Source: Schizochytrium sp. TIO01 (Eukaryota; Protista; Bigyra: Labyrinthulomycetes). From it: DNA of 64,000 nucleotides. Positions 62,684-64,000 of this stretch are shown here, in pieces. Under the pieces are notes generated by a model that was not told where the DNA came from, searched no databases, and saw only the letters and a list, made by a program, of their open reading frames with translations. The translations under genes and the position numbers were made by a program. Each line of letters begins with the position of its first letter. Position 1 is the stretch's first letter. The stretch spans positions 3,286,001 through 3,350,000 of the forward strand of contig SMSO01000034.1 of the NCBI GenBank assembly GCA_004764695.1. Direction: 5' to 3'.

Positions 62684-64000
62684 ATTTATCCCTTCAAATA
62701 GTGGTAGGTTTACATCAACATCCTGTAAATTTTTACGGTAGTTCCTCTCGGCAGCATTGCGTGCTCAGACCGTCTAACGTTCTTGCTGTATGTACCACCT
62801 TGATTTTCAACCCGGCGAACAGGCTAGATACATGTGTTGAGTATTTGCTGTGCGAGGCCTTTCCATGTATCACTATTTTTGGAACAAGGCTGTGACTATT
62901 CGAAAAAAAATAAAAAATAAAAATTTAGTAGCTCTAACCTCTATTATTAAAAAAAAAAAATGGTAATAAATATCCGTTTGAGAATTGGAAATATAGAATA
63001 CAGAGTGAAAAGGAACGATAACTAAAGCTGTAGGCTATGTAGTCAGAAGGAGTACATATATATGAAGGATGAGGATGATATATCTCAAAGGCAAGTATGA
63101 ATAGTAAGTAAATCAGATATTCTGTTGGAATGGTACAATATGAAGAGATTATGGTATCTTCGTTGGTACTAATTTGAGGCACTCTTTGTGCTTGTCCTGC
63201 ATTAGGGGAATGATTCAATCTGTGTAGTATGCATGATCCCGGATTCTTTTTGTGTGAGCTAGAAACGCAATGCAATTTAGAACCAGGCTAGGATCTGCCA
63301 GTTCTATATATGTTTTCATTAGAATAGAGAAATCCAGAGCGCATCATGATTTAGGGCACTAAGACTAAATGGCCTTCGTTGTTGTTGATGAAGTATGATG
63401 CAAATAATAAAAGATGCTGCCACTGAGCAGTCTCTGCAACAAAAATGTCGACTTTTTCTCTAACAAAAGGAACCTTTGTCTTCAAGTCTGCCTCATTTTT
63501 TCTTAATATAGAATATGTTCACATTTATATTTTAATGGCTTTAAAACGGAGAGGATAGAGGTACACGGAAAAGGCACACCAACAAGGCTCTAAAGATTCC
63601 GTCATCAGATATAACAAATTTAGTCAAAAGATCTAGGTATGTCAAGCGATGTAAGAAGAAAAGGTCAAATTTGCTGAAAGCGGTACAAGTGTGAGATTCC
63701 GTCAATTTCTGTATGGGCGAGTTCTTCCCGGCAAAAGAATACACTTTCCTAAGTTGCCTTTAAAAAAAATCGCCCTTAAAATAACCTATTATATTCCTTC
63801 TTTTTTTATGGCATTGCAAAACTCCGGCAGGGTATCAAGTTGTTGACAGCTACCACTGAAACATTTTGTTTGCTAATTCGCACAACTTGGTTGAACAACA
63901 CTTTAGCGTGGATGTGTAACAAGCAAGGTCTCAGCTTGACGCATTTTGACTGAAGAAGAGAATGCACTTGAATTAAAGGCAGGTAGACTCTAAATAATCT

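Noticed and set aside
62934-63990. Possible third 7TM paralog remnant
   Set aside because: The translations I examined show none of the motifs shared by the two paralogs.

Overview
Eukaryotic, intron-poor genomic DNA with microsatellite-rich intergenic tracts. The style suggests a thraustochytrid/labyrinthulomycete stramenopile, but that is inference and not provable from this window. A gene-dense core (9.2-38.8 kb) carries malic enzyme, a myosin, an EF-hand/WD40 protein, cohesin SMC3, telomerase reverse transcriptase (TERT) and a 2025-aa protein with an N-terminal nucleotidyltransferase-like domain fused to ankyrin repeats. The myosin and WD40 genes are each broken by a single frame change. 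The right-hand third is accessory-like. It holds a decayed LINE-like 3' fragment (about 44.5-45.4 kb), a 209-bp tandem duplication, a possible small orphan gene, two tandem 7TM/GPCR-like paralogs and a 4.5-kb DNA element not evident from the ORF track (52475-57006). That element has perfect 14-bp terminal inverted repeats and arrays of palindromic TGACG(G/C)C subterminal sites, and it sits in a (TTCATTTTTATTCA)n repeat. It carries two divergent, decayed genes, one with an AT-hook plus CxxC and one spliced, that I cannot assign to a known transposon superfamily. The TIR element and the NTase-ankyrin protein are the best candidates for something undescribed. No rRNA, tRNA or CRISPR array could be supported.
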